Shown here: piece after piece, positions 30,447 through 41,693 of the stretch
How positions within the stretch are numbered: position 1 is the stretch's first letter
Layout of the letters: each line of letters opens with the position of its first letter
Assembly: GCA_047601445.1 (NCBI GenBank)
Contig: JASGJH010000001.1
Location: forward strand, 6,336,001-6,400,000
DNA from: Myxococcales bacterium
Lineage (GTDB): Bacteria; Myxococcota_A; Polyangia; Polyangiales; DASUME01
Direction: 5' to 3'
DNA: 64,000 nucleotides
Notes under the pieces: generated by a model
Databases searched by the model: none
Seen by the model: the letters and a program-made list of their open reading frames with translations, nothing else
What the model was told of the DNA's origin: nothing
Translations under genes and position numbers: made by a program

Positions 30447-30674
30447 GGCGGGGAGGTCGCGTGACCTCTTCGGTGGAAGTGCAGCGCACTACGTGAGCGC
30501 CGCGAACCTCGCGGTGGGGTGGGCCCCGTCGCGGCTTCGCCGCGCCGGGCGGGGAGGTCGCGTGACCTCTTCGGTGGAAGTGCAGCGCACTACGTGAGCG
30601 CCGCGAACCTCGCGGTGGGGTGGGTCCCGTCGCGGCTTCGCCGCGCCGGGCGGGGAGGTCGCGTGACCTCCCCG
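30447..30674 (+). repeat. tandem array of about 2.25 copies of the 101-bp repeat unit between convergent genes
   Basis: GGCGGGGAGGTCGCGTGACCTC recurs at 30447, 30548 and 30649; the two full units differ at one base. Confidence 0.92.
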
Positions 30675-30675
30675 T

Positions 30676-31722
30676 TCAATTGAGCGTCGCGCTCAAGACG
30701 ATGCCGACGTCAGCCCCGTAGACTCGCTGGAGCACACCGAAGAGGCTCGCGTTGGCCGTGTAGAAGTCGCTGCGTAGCGCCGCGCCCATGCCCCAGTCAC
30801 GCTGGCGACCCACCCACCACTCCTTGCCGAGGCTCAGCACCGTGCCCACGCCTGCGTGGCTCTTGAACGAGGTGTGGCCGTTGCGACTCTCCGCGAGTCC
30901 CATCACGCCCGCGCTCCCGCTCACGTACACGTTGGCGGGCATCATGTAATAGGTGACGCCGCCGCCCAGCATCACGGTTCGCGTGTCCACGTGCCAGGCC
31001 ACGTCGCGCTGGCCATCGACTTCGCGCCCGGAGCTGCTCAGGTTGTGGAAGGCGGCCGTGCCGTGAAGGATGACGTTCTCCTTCACGGCGCCGCCGATGG
31101 CGAGCTCGAAGCTGGTGGAGATGCCCAGGGTCTTCACGCTCTGTTCTTCGTTGCTGTAGTAGCGCTCGTGGTAGCGGGTCATGCCGGCCCCGATGCCGGC
31201 CGTCAGGCGCAAGAAGAAGCCCTCGTGTCGCTGCGCACCTGGTCCGGGCAAGCGCGGATCTTCCGGGTAAGCGATGGGCTGACCGTAATCCACGGCGGCG
31301 CGATAGGTGCCATATCTCCCGAACGGCACGTCGGGCGCCACGCGCGGGGTCGGGTAGAGGGCTGCTTCCGATTGGGGACGCGGGCTCGGTGCCGGCGGGG
31401 GCGGTAAGGGAGCTGGGGTCGGATCGGGCGCGGGCGGCGGCGCAGGCGCGGGCCCCGGAGCAGGCGCAGGCGAAGGCGGCGCAGGCGGCGTCGGCCGAGG
31501 TGGCGTCGGTTGGGGCGGCGGCGTGGGGACAGGAGGCTTGGGGGATGGCTCCGGAGGAACGGGCGAGGGCGGCAGGCCCGGCTTGGGCGACTCGATGGGC
31601 TCCTGTTGGGCCAAAGCCGTGGGCCAGGCCAGGCACAGCGCGCAGGTCAGCACACTCAAGCGATGCCAGAGGCGCCGCTGGCGGCCTCCGCACGCGTTCT
31701 TGCTCTGCTGACCCCTAAGCAT
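30676..31722 (-). CDS. exported protein with Pro-rich N-terminus and putative C-terminal beta-barrel
   Basis: signal peptide ALA-Q, long PxP tract, HEGFFLRL..GIG, G.G.TYY..P.N.Y, GKEWWV...WG.G.A. Confidence 0.7.
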   Translation of the reverse strand: MLRGQQSKNACGGRQRRLWHRLSVLTCALCLAWPTALAQQEPIESPKPGLPPSPVPPEPSPKPPVPTPPPQPTPPRPTPPAPPSPAPAPGPAPAPPPAPDPTPAPLPPPPAPSPRPQSEAALYPTPRVAPDVPFGRYGTYRAAVDYGQPIAYPEDPRLPGPGAQRHEGFFLRLTAGIGAGMTRYHERYYSNEEQSVKTLGISTSFELAIGGAVKENVILHGTAAFHNLSSSGREVDGQRDVAWHVDTRTVMLGGGVTYYMMPANVYVSGSAGVMGLAESRNGHTSFKSHAGVGTVLSLGKEWWVGRQRDWGMGAALRSDFYTANASLFGVLQRVYGADVGIVLSATLN

Positions 31723-31794
31723 GTTTCACGGGTGCCATGCCCCTCGCCGCCTGGCAACCGCGTCGGCCTGTGCCCAATAGTGCGCCGATCTATC

Positions 31795-31886
31795 GACGGG
31801 GAGGCACGCGCCTCCCCGTCCAGCGCGGCCAAGCCGCCGGGACCCACCCCACGCGAGGTTCGCTGCGCTCACGAAGTGCCTTGATT
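31795..31886 (-). repeat. copy of the multi-hairpin intergenic repeat
   Basis: reverse complement ATCAAGGCACTTCGTGAGCGCAGCGAACCTCGCG...GACGGGGAGGCGCGTGCCTCCCCGTC. Confidence 0.85.
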
Positions 31887-31937
31887 CGGGCGTTTTGCGA
31901 GCCGTTGGGCGTGCCCTATAGTGCGACCATCCAACTC

Positions 31938-33780
<1,843 letters not shown>

Positions 33781-33798
33781 ACGGGTAGGCATCCGTCA

Positions 33799-33860
33799 GG
33801 GAGCGCACAAGGCAGAGGGCCAGAGGTCCTTCACCCTCGCCTTGGGGGAGTTGCGCTCCT
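33799..33860 (+). terminator. long GC-rich hairpin downstream of thiC (terminator or stabiliser)
   Basis: GGAGCGCA..AAGGC.GAGGG loop CCCTC GCCTT..TGCGCTCC; weak U-tract. Confidence 0.4.
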
Positions 33861-33896
33861 AGCTTTCGGGGGTGTGGCTGCGCCTGGAGTCTCGGG

Positions 33897-33950
33897 AAGG
33901 CACTTCGTGAGCAAAGCGAACCTCGCGCTGGGGCGGGGCCCGGCGCTGCT
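33897..33950 (+). repeat. partial copy of the intergenic repeat
   Basis: AAGGCACTTCGTGAGCAAAGCGAACCTCGCGCTGGGGCGGGGCCCGG; third hairpin missing. Confidence 0.75.
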
Positions 33951-34050
33951 TTTCCTCCTAACAAGCGCGCGGCATGCGTCTCTATCTGTTGTGCCCGCCC
34001 ACGCTCCTTCGTGGGGTGGCCGCGGAGTGCTCGTGGTATGAGGTTTTTCG

Positions 34051-34428
34051 ATGCTCGCTCGCTATCAGATCGTGCGCGGCAAGCGCGCGCCGGACGACCC
34101 GCTGCCTCAGGGCCATCGGATGGACACGCGCAAGCACACGAAGCACGTACTGCGGCCCGAGGCGGCCATGGTGGAGGAGCTCTTCGAGGATCTGAGCGAT
34201 GCGGCCTTCAAGCGCTTCGCGGCGGCCTACCGCAAGCTGCTCGAGCAGCGGTTTCACGAGGAGCGCGAGCGCTTCGACGAGATCGCGGAGTTGGCGCGCC
34301 ACGAAGACGTCTTTCTGGGCTGCAATTGCCCGAGCCTCAAGAACCCGGACGTTCAGCGTTGCCACACGGTGTTGGCGCTGGAGTTCTTCAAGCACAAGTA
34401 CCTCAAGCTGCGCGTCGTGATGCCCTAG
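34051..34428 (+). CDS. small hypothetical protein, DUF488-like
   Basis: LRP....., F..F...Y..LL, V.LGC.C......RCH..L pattern. Confidence 0.6.
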   Translation: MLARYQIVRGKRAPDDPLPQGHRMDTRKHTKHVLRPEAAMVEELFEDLSDAAFKRFAAAYRKLLEQRFHEERERFDEIAELARHEDVFLGCNCPSLKNPDVQRCHTVLALEFFKHKYLKLRVVMP

Positions 34429-34454
34429 CCTCGACCTTCGCGAACCGCGCATGG

Positions 34455-37400
34455 GTGCTTGCTCGCTGCTGGATCCTGGTGGCGTTCGCTCTGTCGGCGT
34501 GTGCACCGAGCGAGGAAGTCGATGCCGGAGCCGATGCGGCTTCGGGAGATGCTCGAGCGCCCGAAGCGGATGCGGGCCACGACGACTCGGAGCGGGAGGA
34601 CGCTGGTCCCGAGGACACGCGCCCGGTCTATCAGTGCCGGCTGCTCCTCACTTGGGACCACGATCAGGATCCCCACACGCCGTGCCGGAACACCACCTGG
34701 TGCGAGCCGGGGCAGGTCCTGGTGACGCAGGCTACGCGCATCAGCGATCGCGTGTGCAGGGATTGCGAGCCGGGTGAGTATTGCGCCGGGGATCTCAACG
34801 ATGCGCTGGCGTGTCAGACGGGCTTTTGGGATCACGATCAGGACCCCCGCACGCCGTGCGTGGCGCAAAAGCATTGCGCCCCGGGAACGCGTTGGTTGCA
34901 AGGTGGGGATACCGTCCATGATCGGGTGTGCGAGGCCTGTCCGAGTGGGACCTTCTCCACGTATACCGACGCGACGGGATGCGTGCCCTGGCAGCAATGT
35001 CCCAAGCGCACGGCGAGCGAGGGCACGGACCAGAGCGATCGCGTTTGCCTGGATTGGACCCAGTGCGGCGAGGGCTACTACGTGGTCGGCGTGGACGAGG
35101 TCTCCCAGGACCGCATCTGTGCCGCGTGTCCGGACGGGACCTTCAACGACAAGCTCAACGCGGCCGCCTGCACTGCCTGGCGCACCTGTCCACCTGGTGA
35201 GCACATCAAGTCCGCGGCCACTGCGTTCGTCGATCGCGTTTGCGAGTCGTGTCCTCCCGGCAGCTTTAGCACCGCCGACAACACGCCCACGTGCAGCTCT
35301 CACAGCTACTGCGGCGCGGGCACCTACGTGGTGACGCCTCCAGCGATCGACCACGACCGCACCTGCGCACCCTGCGTGGGGGGCTTCACCAACTCGTTCA
35401 ACCAGGCCGCGTGCACGCCCTTCCGCACGTGCAACCCGGGGACGCGCGAGAGCGTGGCAGCCACGCCGACCAACGACCGCACCTGCACAGCCTGCCCGGC
35501 ACGTTTCTTCAGCGACAGCACCAATGCCAAAACCTGTCGGCCCTGGAACCTGTGCGCGATCGGGGAGTACGAGACAGCGGCGCCCGACGCCAGCCATGAT
35601 CGGGCGTGCACCGCGTGGTCCAGCTGCTCCGCCGGGCAATACATCAGTACCCAGGGCAGCTCGCAGCGCGATCAGCGCTGCAGTGCCTGCACGAACGGCC
35701 TGCACAGCTACGTGAAGAATGCGGATGCGTGCAGCGAAAACCCCGGCAATTGCCCGCTGGGCCAGGCCTGGCAGGCAGGCCGCGGCTGCACGCCGTGTCG
35801 TAAGGGGCAGTACTGCGCCGGTGGCGGCGCGCCTGCCGTGCGGTGCGGCTTCCTCGACCGCGACTTCGACCCCAAGACCCCGTGCGCGCGCATCACCGAC
35901 TTTGCGATGGGCCCCCTCTACACCTGCATCCTCGAGGAGAACGCCGGCTGGACGTGCTGGGGCGACAACCGACATGGACAGACGGATCTGCCCGCCAGCA
36001 TGGGCCCGAGTCGACTCGAGCTCGCCGCGTCCTACGGCTGCTCACTCAACGACGGGCACGTACGCTGCTGGGGAGAGAGCATCCCCACCACGGCCAGCGA
36101 GCTCGAGAAACTACCGCCCCTGTCCGACCTCAGCGCAGGCGATCGCTTCCTCTGCATCCTGCCGCCCAGCGGAACTCCGGCTTGTGCCGGTACGCCGGCC
36201 GGTACGTTCAAGCAGCTTCTCGCGACGCAACTGAACGGTCCCTGCGCGCTGCTCACCGGAGGTACGGCGGTGTGCTTCGTGGACCAGCCCATCTACGGTG
36301 AGACTACGCTGAGCCTGCGCGGCATTCCGCTCGTCGACGCCGTGGGAAGCACCGCGGGTGGTGCCTACTGCGCGCTGGGCAACGACTACTCCATGGCGTG
36401 CAGTCAGGGTGCCGTCCCGAGCGACCTGGGCAGGGTCCTGCAGATCACGCAACACTGCGCGCTGAACGATGGCGGGGATGTCGCGTGCTGGGATGAGCAG
36501 GGGGAGCTTGCCGTCCCGGCGCTGGCGCACGTGACCAAGCTACGCTCTGCAGGGGCACGCGCGTGTGCGCTCGACCGAAAGGGAGCGCTGACTTGTTGGG
36601 CCATTGGAAGCGCGCAGCAGGACTTCGCCCTCGAGAACACGTTGCCCGAGGCGACGGGACGGGTGGTCCAGGTGGTCACCAGCGCGCGCGTCAGCGATGC
36701 CGAGCTGGGGCGCAGCTGCGCCATCGACGACGCGGGCGACCTCACGTGTTGGGGCAACAACGTCGCAGGTGCTGCACGGGTGCCCGAGGGCTTGGCAGAA
36801 GTGAAGGATGTGGCGTTGGGCCCGACGTTCACGTGCGCGCTCGAACAAACGGGGAGCGTGCGCTGCTGGGGCGAAGGCGCCCTGGACCTGGGCATCCCGG
36901 ATGCGCTCTCCGACGTGGTCGAGCTCGAGGCGGGTGACGGGCACTTGTGCGCGATCTCGTCGGACGCGCGTGTGACCTGCTGGGGCGAGAATGACTCGGG
37001 CCAGGCGAGCGTGCCGGCGGGGCTCGCTGGAGCGCTCGAGCTGTCGCTGGGAGAGCGACACAGCTGCGCGCGAAGCAAGATCGGGGTCGTGACCTGTTGG
37101 GGAGCTGCGGGCGACAGTCAGGTGCCCGCCGACTTGGGCGCCGCGAAAGCCATCGCCTCGGGATCACGTCACGTGTGTGCCATCAAGGCAGACGACACCC
37201 TGCGCTGTTGGGGGAGCGCCGTGAACTCGAGTGCCATGACTCCGCCGCTCGAACTCGGCGCAGTGAAAGACGTGGCCGCAGGTCTCGCGCACACCTGTGC
37301 CGTGCTCAAGGAAGACAACAGCGTGGTGTGCTGGGGGGATGACGCACGCGGCAACCTCGCCGTGCCCGCGGAGCTCGGTCCCGCGACAGGCTTGGTGTCG

Positions 37401-37487
37401 GGTGGGCTTCACACTTGCGCCATCGACGTGCATCACCAGGTGTACTGCTGGGGGGAGAACGAGAGCGGCGAGGCGCGCGTCTTCTAA
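34455..37487 (+). CDS. large lipoprotein with TNFR-like Cys-rich repeats and RCC1/BLIP-II-like propeller repeats
   Basis: LSAC lipobox; repeated C..W..C..G......T...DR.C..C..G.F; C-terminal G..HTCA......V.CWG.N..GQ repeats; GTG start assumed. Confidence 0.8.
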   Translation: MLARCWILVAFALSACAPSEEVDAGADAASGDARAPEADAGHDDSEREDAGPEDTRPVYQCRLLLTWDHDQDPHTPCRNTTWCEPGQVLVTQATRISDRVCRDCEPGEYCAGDLNDALACQTGFWDHDQDPRTPCVAQKHCAPGTRWLQGGDTVHDRVCEACPSGTFSTYTDATGCVPWQQCPKRTASEGTDQSDRVCLDWTQCGEGYYVVGVDEVSQDRICAACPDGTFNDKLNAAACTAWRTCPPGEHIKSAATAFVDRVCESCPPGSFSTADNTPTCSSHSYCGAGTYVVTPPAIDHDRTCAPCVGGFTNSFNQAACTPFRTCNPGTRESVAATPTNDRTCTACPARFFSDSTNAKTCRPWNLCAIGEYETAAPDASHDRACTAWSSCSAGQYISTQGSSQRDQRCSACTNGLHSYVKNADACSENPGNCPLGQAWQAGRGCTPCRKGQYCAGGGAPAVRCGFLDRDFDPKTPCARITDFAMGPLYTCILEENAGWTCWGDNRHGQTDLPASMGPSRLELAASYGCSLNDGHVRCWGESIPTTASELEKLPPLSDLSAGDRFLCILPPSGTPACAGTPAGTFKQLLATQLNGPCALLTGGTAVCFVDQPIYGETTLSLRGIPLVDAVGSTAGGAYCALGNDYSMACSQGAVPSDLGRVLQITQHCALNDGGDVACWDEQGELAVPALAHVTKLRSAGARACALDRKGALTCWAIGSAQQDFALENTLPEATGRVVQVVTSARVSDAELGRSCAIDDAGDLTCWGNNVAGAARVPEGLAEVKDVALGPTFTCALEQTGSVRCWGEGALDLGIPDALSDVVELEAGDGHLCAISSDARVTCWGENDSGQASVPAGLAGALELSLGERHSCARSKIGVVTCWGAAGDSQVPADLGAAKAIASGSRHVCAIKADDTLRCWGSAVNSSAMTPPLELGAVKDVAAGLAHTCAVLKEDNSVVCWGDDARGNLAVPAELGPATGLVSGGLHTCAIDVHHQVYCWGENESGEARVF

Positions 37488-37497
37488 CGGTGCGCGC

Positions 37498-38688
37498 TCA
37501 AGGCTTGCAGGCGCTCTCGAAGAGCCCAAGGCTCGCGAGCGCGACGCAAGTGCCTGTTTGGCACTCGGTGCCGGCGGCGCAGCGATCGTTGGGATCCGAG
37601 CACGAGGCACCCTCGTCGCGGATGGCCCGACACTTGCCGTAGCCTTGGGCGTCGATCTCGGCGCACGCCAGACCGTCCGTGCACTCGTTGTTGGTGCACG
37701 CGGAGCCCGGACCACGGCCGGCCGTGCACGTGTTGGAAATGCTTTCGCAGTATGCGTTGAGCTCGCAGTAGCGGTACGGGTTGCCGACAGCCGAGGAATC
37801 AGCACAGTCTTGGCCTACCTTGGGCAACGCGGTGCAGACGCGGGGGAGGGCCCGGGGACAGTAGGAAGTGGCGGGGCACTCGTCCCGGGAGCACTCCGTG
37901 CCGAGGGGCAGCTCCACGCAGCGATTCCCGGTGCTCGAGCTGGCGTCGGGCTCACATGAAAAGAACTTTACGCAGTTGCCCCCGTTTGGGTCGCACGGCT
38001 CGCCTGCCTTGGCCTCTGCATAGGGCGTGACCTTGCCGATCTTCGCGCACATGCCTTGCTCGCACGCGAGGCCAGGCGCACAAGGGGGGGTGGTGTTGTT
38101 GCAAGTGGCTCCTTCGTTCAAGGGGGCCACGCACACGCCGCAGCTGGTTGGGCTGCCCGAACACGCGCGAGATGCGCACTGGCTGCTGAACACGCAGGCC
38201 TCGCCCAGGGCGCGCGTGCCCGCGCTGGCGCAGGCAGGAACCACGTTGCTCAGAGCATCCTCGCAGGAGAGTTTGCTCCAGGCCTTTGCACAAGCGAGCA
38301 CCGTGGCTGGATCGCGCGTGGATCCTGGCGCAAACAGGAAGTCCGGGCACTCCGCGATGGCGACTTCGCAGGACAGGGCGACGTTCGCGTACTTGCAATA
38401 CGCTCGGCGATCGCACTGGGCTTGCACGTAAGCCCGGCAGGCGGCTCGAGCGCTCACGTGGGTGAGGCCGCCATCGGAGAGGGGCCCCGTGGTGCTGCCG
38501 TCGCGGCCAGCATCGCTCGGGGCCGTGCTCGCGTCCCCATCGCCGTCTCCGTCTCCGCCGCCGTCGTGCGAGGACATGAGACTCCCCGAGTCGGAAGCGT
38601 GGTCCGAGCTCTCGGAGCAAGCGGCCAGGCCGAGTGCGAGCGCCATGAACCAGGGGATCAAGTGAGGACGACGAGAAGGTACGAGCAT
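37498..38688 (-). CDS. Cys-rich lipoprotein (G..C......C..GL.C repeats)
   Basis: LAAC lipobox, GDGDGD linker, numerous Cys repeats; co-oriented downstream of the Tad operon. Confidence 0.7.
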   Translation of the reverse strand: MLVPSRRPHLIPWFMALALGLAACSESSDHASDSGSLMSSHDGGGDGDGDGDASTAPSDAGRDGSTTGPLSDGGLTHVSARAACRAYVQAQCDRRAYCKYANVALSCEVAIAECPDFLFAPGSTRDPATVLACAKAWSKLSCEDALSNVVPACASAGTRALGEACVFSSQCASRACSGSPTSCGVCVAPLNEGATCNNTTPPCAPGLACEQGMCAKIGKVTPYAEAKAGEPCDPNGGNCVKFFSCEPDASSSTGNRCVELPLGTECSRDECPATSYCPRALPRVCTALPKVGQDCADSSAVGNPYRYCELNAYCESISNTCTAGRGPGSACTNNECTDGLACAEIDAQGYGKCRAIRDEGASCSDPNDRCAAGTECQTGTCVALASLGLFESACKP

Positions 38689-38758
38689 GGGGTGATGGTC
38701 GCATGACCTTCCATGAGTCCCCAAGCTAGCGGGCAGGCTTCACCCCTTCGTGACGCCG

Positions 38759-39319
38759 CTACAACAGCGCCAGCTGAGGTACACAATGAGCCAGCACGGT
38801 CCAGCCCGTCCCGCAGGCAATGGCGAGCGCGTAGGGCATCTGGTGCAACTTGTGGCCCGGCTCGTCGATACGGCGCGCAAGGAGTTGGCCTCGCCGTAGA
38901 TTCGTCCAGACGGCATTCAGCTGGGCGTGGCGGGCACTCTGGGCGAGCGCCATCACCCCGCCAGCGAGCGCCGTCGCCACGATGACCTGCAGCATGGGAA
39001 CTGGGCCGAAGCACACGCCGAGTGCGACCATGAGCTTGGTGTCGCCGAACCCCACGGCGCCGAGCCAAGACAGAGGCAGAAACACGGCGAGTGCGAGGGC
39101 CGCGCCGCTCAACGCGAGGCCAAGCGGGATCCACACGGTGCGGCCCGCGGCGAGTGCGATCGCGAGCTGCAACGCAAGGCCTACCAGGGCCGTCGTGGCG
39201 GTAAGACGATTGGGGATCCGACGTTGCTTAAAGTCGATGGCCACCGCGATCCCACAGGCCACCAGGGCGGTCCCCGCCCGCAACGCGAAGCTGAGTTCCG
39301 CCTCGGTGCCCACGGTCAA
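38759..39319 (-). CDS. cpaA: Flp prepilin peptidase (A24; CpaA/TadV)
   Basis: D....RIPN, GFGDTKL, MPYALAI. Confidence 0.9.
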   Translation of the reverse strand: MTVGTEAELSFALRAGTALVACGIAVAIDFKQRRIPNRLTATTALVGLALQLAIALAAGRTVWIPLGLALSGAALALAVFLPLSWLGAVGFGDTKLMVALGVCFGPVPMLQVIVATALAGGVMALAQSARHAQLNAVWTNLRRGQLLARRIDEPGHKLHQMPYALAIACGTGWTVLAHCVPQLALL

Positions 39320-40488
39320 TCTACGAGCCGCGGACGGGCCAGGGTGCCGAAGAACCCTCCGCCTGCGGGCGCGTCCTCAGCCTTCTCGTCGCACACGCCG
39401 TTCTTTCGATGCACAGAGACCAAGAGGAACTTTCCAGACGATGGAGGTTTGGCGCAGGTGGTGGAGGAGGAGGAGAAGGGCGGCGCCGCGACGGCGCGTT
39501 GTGCGTTGGGGCCATTGCCGCAACTGATGCCGTAGATGTCGACCTTGACGTGACCTGCGATCGGCACGTTGCCGTTGATCCCGAAGGAGCCGCAGTTGGG
39601 GCCAGGCGCGAGTCCCGTGCGGATGACAGGGGCCATCACCGTAAAGTACTGCGGGGTGCCGTTGCGCATCAGCACCTGGTAGATCTTTTCGCAGAACCCC
39701 TGCTTGCTGGTGTTCATCAGATTGCCGCCGTTGACGGGGATCTGTTGATCCGTGCGGGTGGGGTTGCAGCCTGCTCCGGGGCCCCTGCACTCGAAGCTAT
39801 TGGGGTCGACGGCGACCGCGTTGCCATTGAAGCAAGCCGACTGCACCGCATCCGTGATCTGCGCCTCGCCGCGGCCTCCGCTCGAAAAGGTGGTCCAGCC
39901 GGCGTTATCGTCGTTCGCGGTCGCCATGCGCAGGCAGAGGTCGCAGTTCGCCGTGGTGGCGGCTGCGGCGAGCGCGCAATCCGTGATCACCAGCGGGAAG
40001 GCGCAGGCGGTGGTCATGGGTCCGCCGCCGATGGCGATCGCGGAGTTGCGTACGGCCTGCGAGCCCTTGCCGATCACCGAGGCGAAGGGAGTCGCCACGG
40101 CCGGGACGTCGTACTCGACGCGCACCGAGTTGGCCTGCGCAGGGTCGTTGGTGGCCGTGAATTTGCGCGTGGTGAGGTTCCAGCTGCCGAGGGTGATGTC
40201 TTTGCCCGCCAGCTGCACGCTGCCTGCGTAGGACTTGTGCCGATTCCCGTAGTCGGTGGCGCGCTGCGTGGCGGCGGTCATGCCCGAAGCACGACCATTG
40301 AGCCCACCCGCGCCGGCGAGCGCGGCGGAGTCGACGGCTGCCTGATCCGCGGTGCGCACGCGGTACAAACTCCCCGCGTCCACCGACAGCGCTGCGAACG
40401 CCATCAAGGTGGGCAGCAGGATGGCGACCACCAGGGCCACGTTGCCCTCGCGTCTTCGGCCCTTGGGTCTCTGGTTGGCGTTCGTCAT
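39316..40488 (-). CDS. tadG: TadG-like pseudopilin
   Basis: G|NVALVVAILL...ALSVDAG, QAAVDSAALAGA. Confidence 0.85.
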   Translation of the reverse strand: MTNANQRPKGRRREGNVALVVAILLPTLMAFAALSVDAGSLYRVRTADQAAVDSAALAGAGGLNGRASGMTAATQRATDYGNRHKSYAGSVQLAGKDITLGSWNLTTRKFTATNDPAQANSVRVEYDVPAVATPFASVIGKGSQAVRNSAIAIGGGPMTTACAFPLVITDCALAAAATTANCDLCLRMATANDDNAGWTTFSSGGRGEAQITDAVQSACFNGNAVAVDPNSFECRGPGAGCNPTRTDQQIPVNGGNLMNTSKQGFCEKIYQVLMRNGTPQYFTVMAPVIRTGLAPGPNCGSFGINGNVPIAGHVKVDIYGISCGNGPNAQRAVAAPPFSSSSTTCAKPPSSGKFLLVSVHRKNGVCDEKAEDAPAGGGFFGTLARPRLVD

Positions 40489-40500
40489 GACGTGACGGCG

Positions 40501-40806
40501 CTACTTGGTCGACGGCTCGTCGTCGTCCTGGAGCAGCAGGACCTTCGACGGCTCCGGAGCAGGAGCGGATTGTTCCTCCGCGCCCAGGGATTCGCGGTAG
40601 CTCTGATGGATCAGGGACGCCTCCTCCGAGTCGAGCCCGCGCGGCGAGCCCTGGGAAGCCTCCGCGTACACGTGCTGGCGCGCGTTGAACTCGCGGCTCC
40701 TGCGTCCGTAGTTGTCACTCATGTGTTCACGCTGGCAGCCCGCCAGCCACGCGCCGCAGCTCGCGGCCAGCGCGCACGAAATCAGGCGTCTTGTCAGTGT
40801 CATCAT
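40501..40806 (-). CDS. small Tad-associated lipoprotein
   Basis: LAGC lipobox; ATGA overlap with tadD. Confidence 0.7.
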   Translation of the reverse strand: MMTLTRRLISCALAASCGAWLAGCQREHMSDNYGRRSREFNARQHVYAEASQGSPRGLDSEEASLIHQSYRESLGAEEQSAPAPEPSKVLLLQDDDEPSTK

Positions 40807-41693
40807 GGCGCACCCTCCGAGGTGTCGGGGACTTTCGCCTGCGAGACGGCGGCCTCGGCGGGCGGCAGCGGCTCGTTGGCGAACGTTTTGGGCAGGTCGA
40901 CCTCGGGGACGGGAACGCCCATGCGTTGACAGACGCGGTCGAGGTTGGCGCGCGCCGGCACGAGCAGCGGATTCTGGCGCACCGCGAGGTGGTAGTACTC
41001 GTAGGCGTGCTGGTCGTCGCCCATGTCCTCGTACACGAAGCCGAGGTTGTTGCTGACCTGGGCGGGTGGTCCGGCGAGCTTGAAGTGCTCCTGTGCCTTG
41101 TCGATGCGGCCCAGCTTGGCGTAGGCGAAGGCCAGGTTGTTGTGCACGCGATGGTCGGCCATGTCGCGTGCCAGGGCGGCCTTGTAGGCGAAGATGGCGC
41201 GTTCGTAGCTGCCCTCGAGGTAGAGGCTGAAGCCGAGGTTGTTGCGGAACGAGGGATTCTTGGGCGCCTCGCGAATGGAGAGGCGATGTCGCAGCTGGGC
41301 CTCGCCGTGGCGCCCCAGCGTGTCGAGCAGCACACCCAGCAGGGCGTGAGCCTCCGCGCATTTCGGGTCGAAGCGCAGCGCCGTCTTGAGCGCCCGCTCC
41401 GCCAGATCGAACTGCTTCATGTCGAGGTAGGCGCGCCCCAGCATGCAGTGCGCCTCCACCGACTCCGGCTTCATTTCCAGCAAGCGATGGATCACCCGGC
41501 TCGCCTCGAGCGGCTGGTTGGTACGCAGCAGGGTCTGCGCGACCGCGCGGTTGAAGCTGTAGGGGTTGGCCCGATCGTCCTGGAAAAAGGCGGCCTCTTG
41601 CTCGCTCAGGTTCTGTTGGTGGGCACAGGCCGACAGCCACAGCGCGGCGAGCGCGACGACCCTGAGCAAGGGGGTTCGTGAGCGAAGCGTCAT
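40803..41693 (-). CDS. tadD: TadD-like TPR lipoprotein (pilotin)
   Basis: LSAC lipobox; multiple TPRs (NNLG, A...A....P). Confidence 0.8.
   Translation of the reverse strand: MTLRSRTPLLRVVALAALWLSACAHQQNLSEQEAAFFQDDRANPYSFNRAVAQTLLRTNQPLEASRVIHRLLEMKPESVEAHCMLGRAYLDMKQFDLAERALKTALRFDPKCAEAHALLGVLLDTLGRHGEAQLRHRLSIREAPKNPSFRNNLGFSLYLEGSYERAIFAYKAALARDMADHRVHNNLAFAYAKLGRIDKAQEHFKLAGPPAQVSNNLGFVYEDMGDDQHAYEYYHLAVRQNPLLVPARANLDRVCQRMGVPVPEVDLPKTFANEPLPPAEAAVSQAKVPDTSEGAP

Noticed and set aside
30447..30674. CRISPR array (22-bp palindromic repeat three times)
   Set aside because: The intervening ~79-bp segments are near-identical rather than unique spacers, the unit is dispersed elsewhere, and there are no cas genes.
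41675..41689. TTCGTGAGCGAAGCG match to the repeat core
   Set aside because: Only 15 bp, inside the tadD/tadC coding region, with no other hairpins; likely chance.
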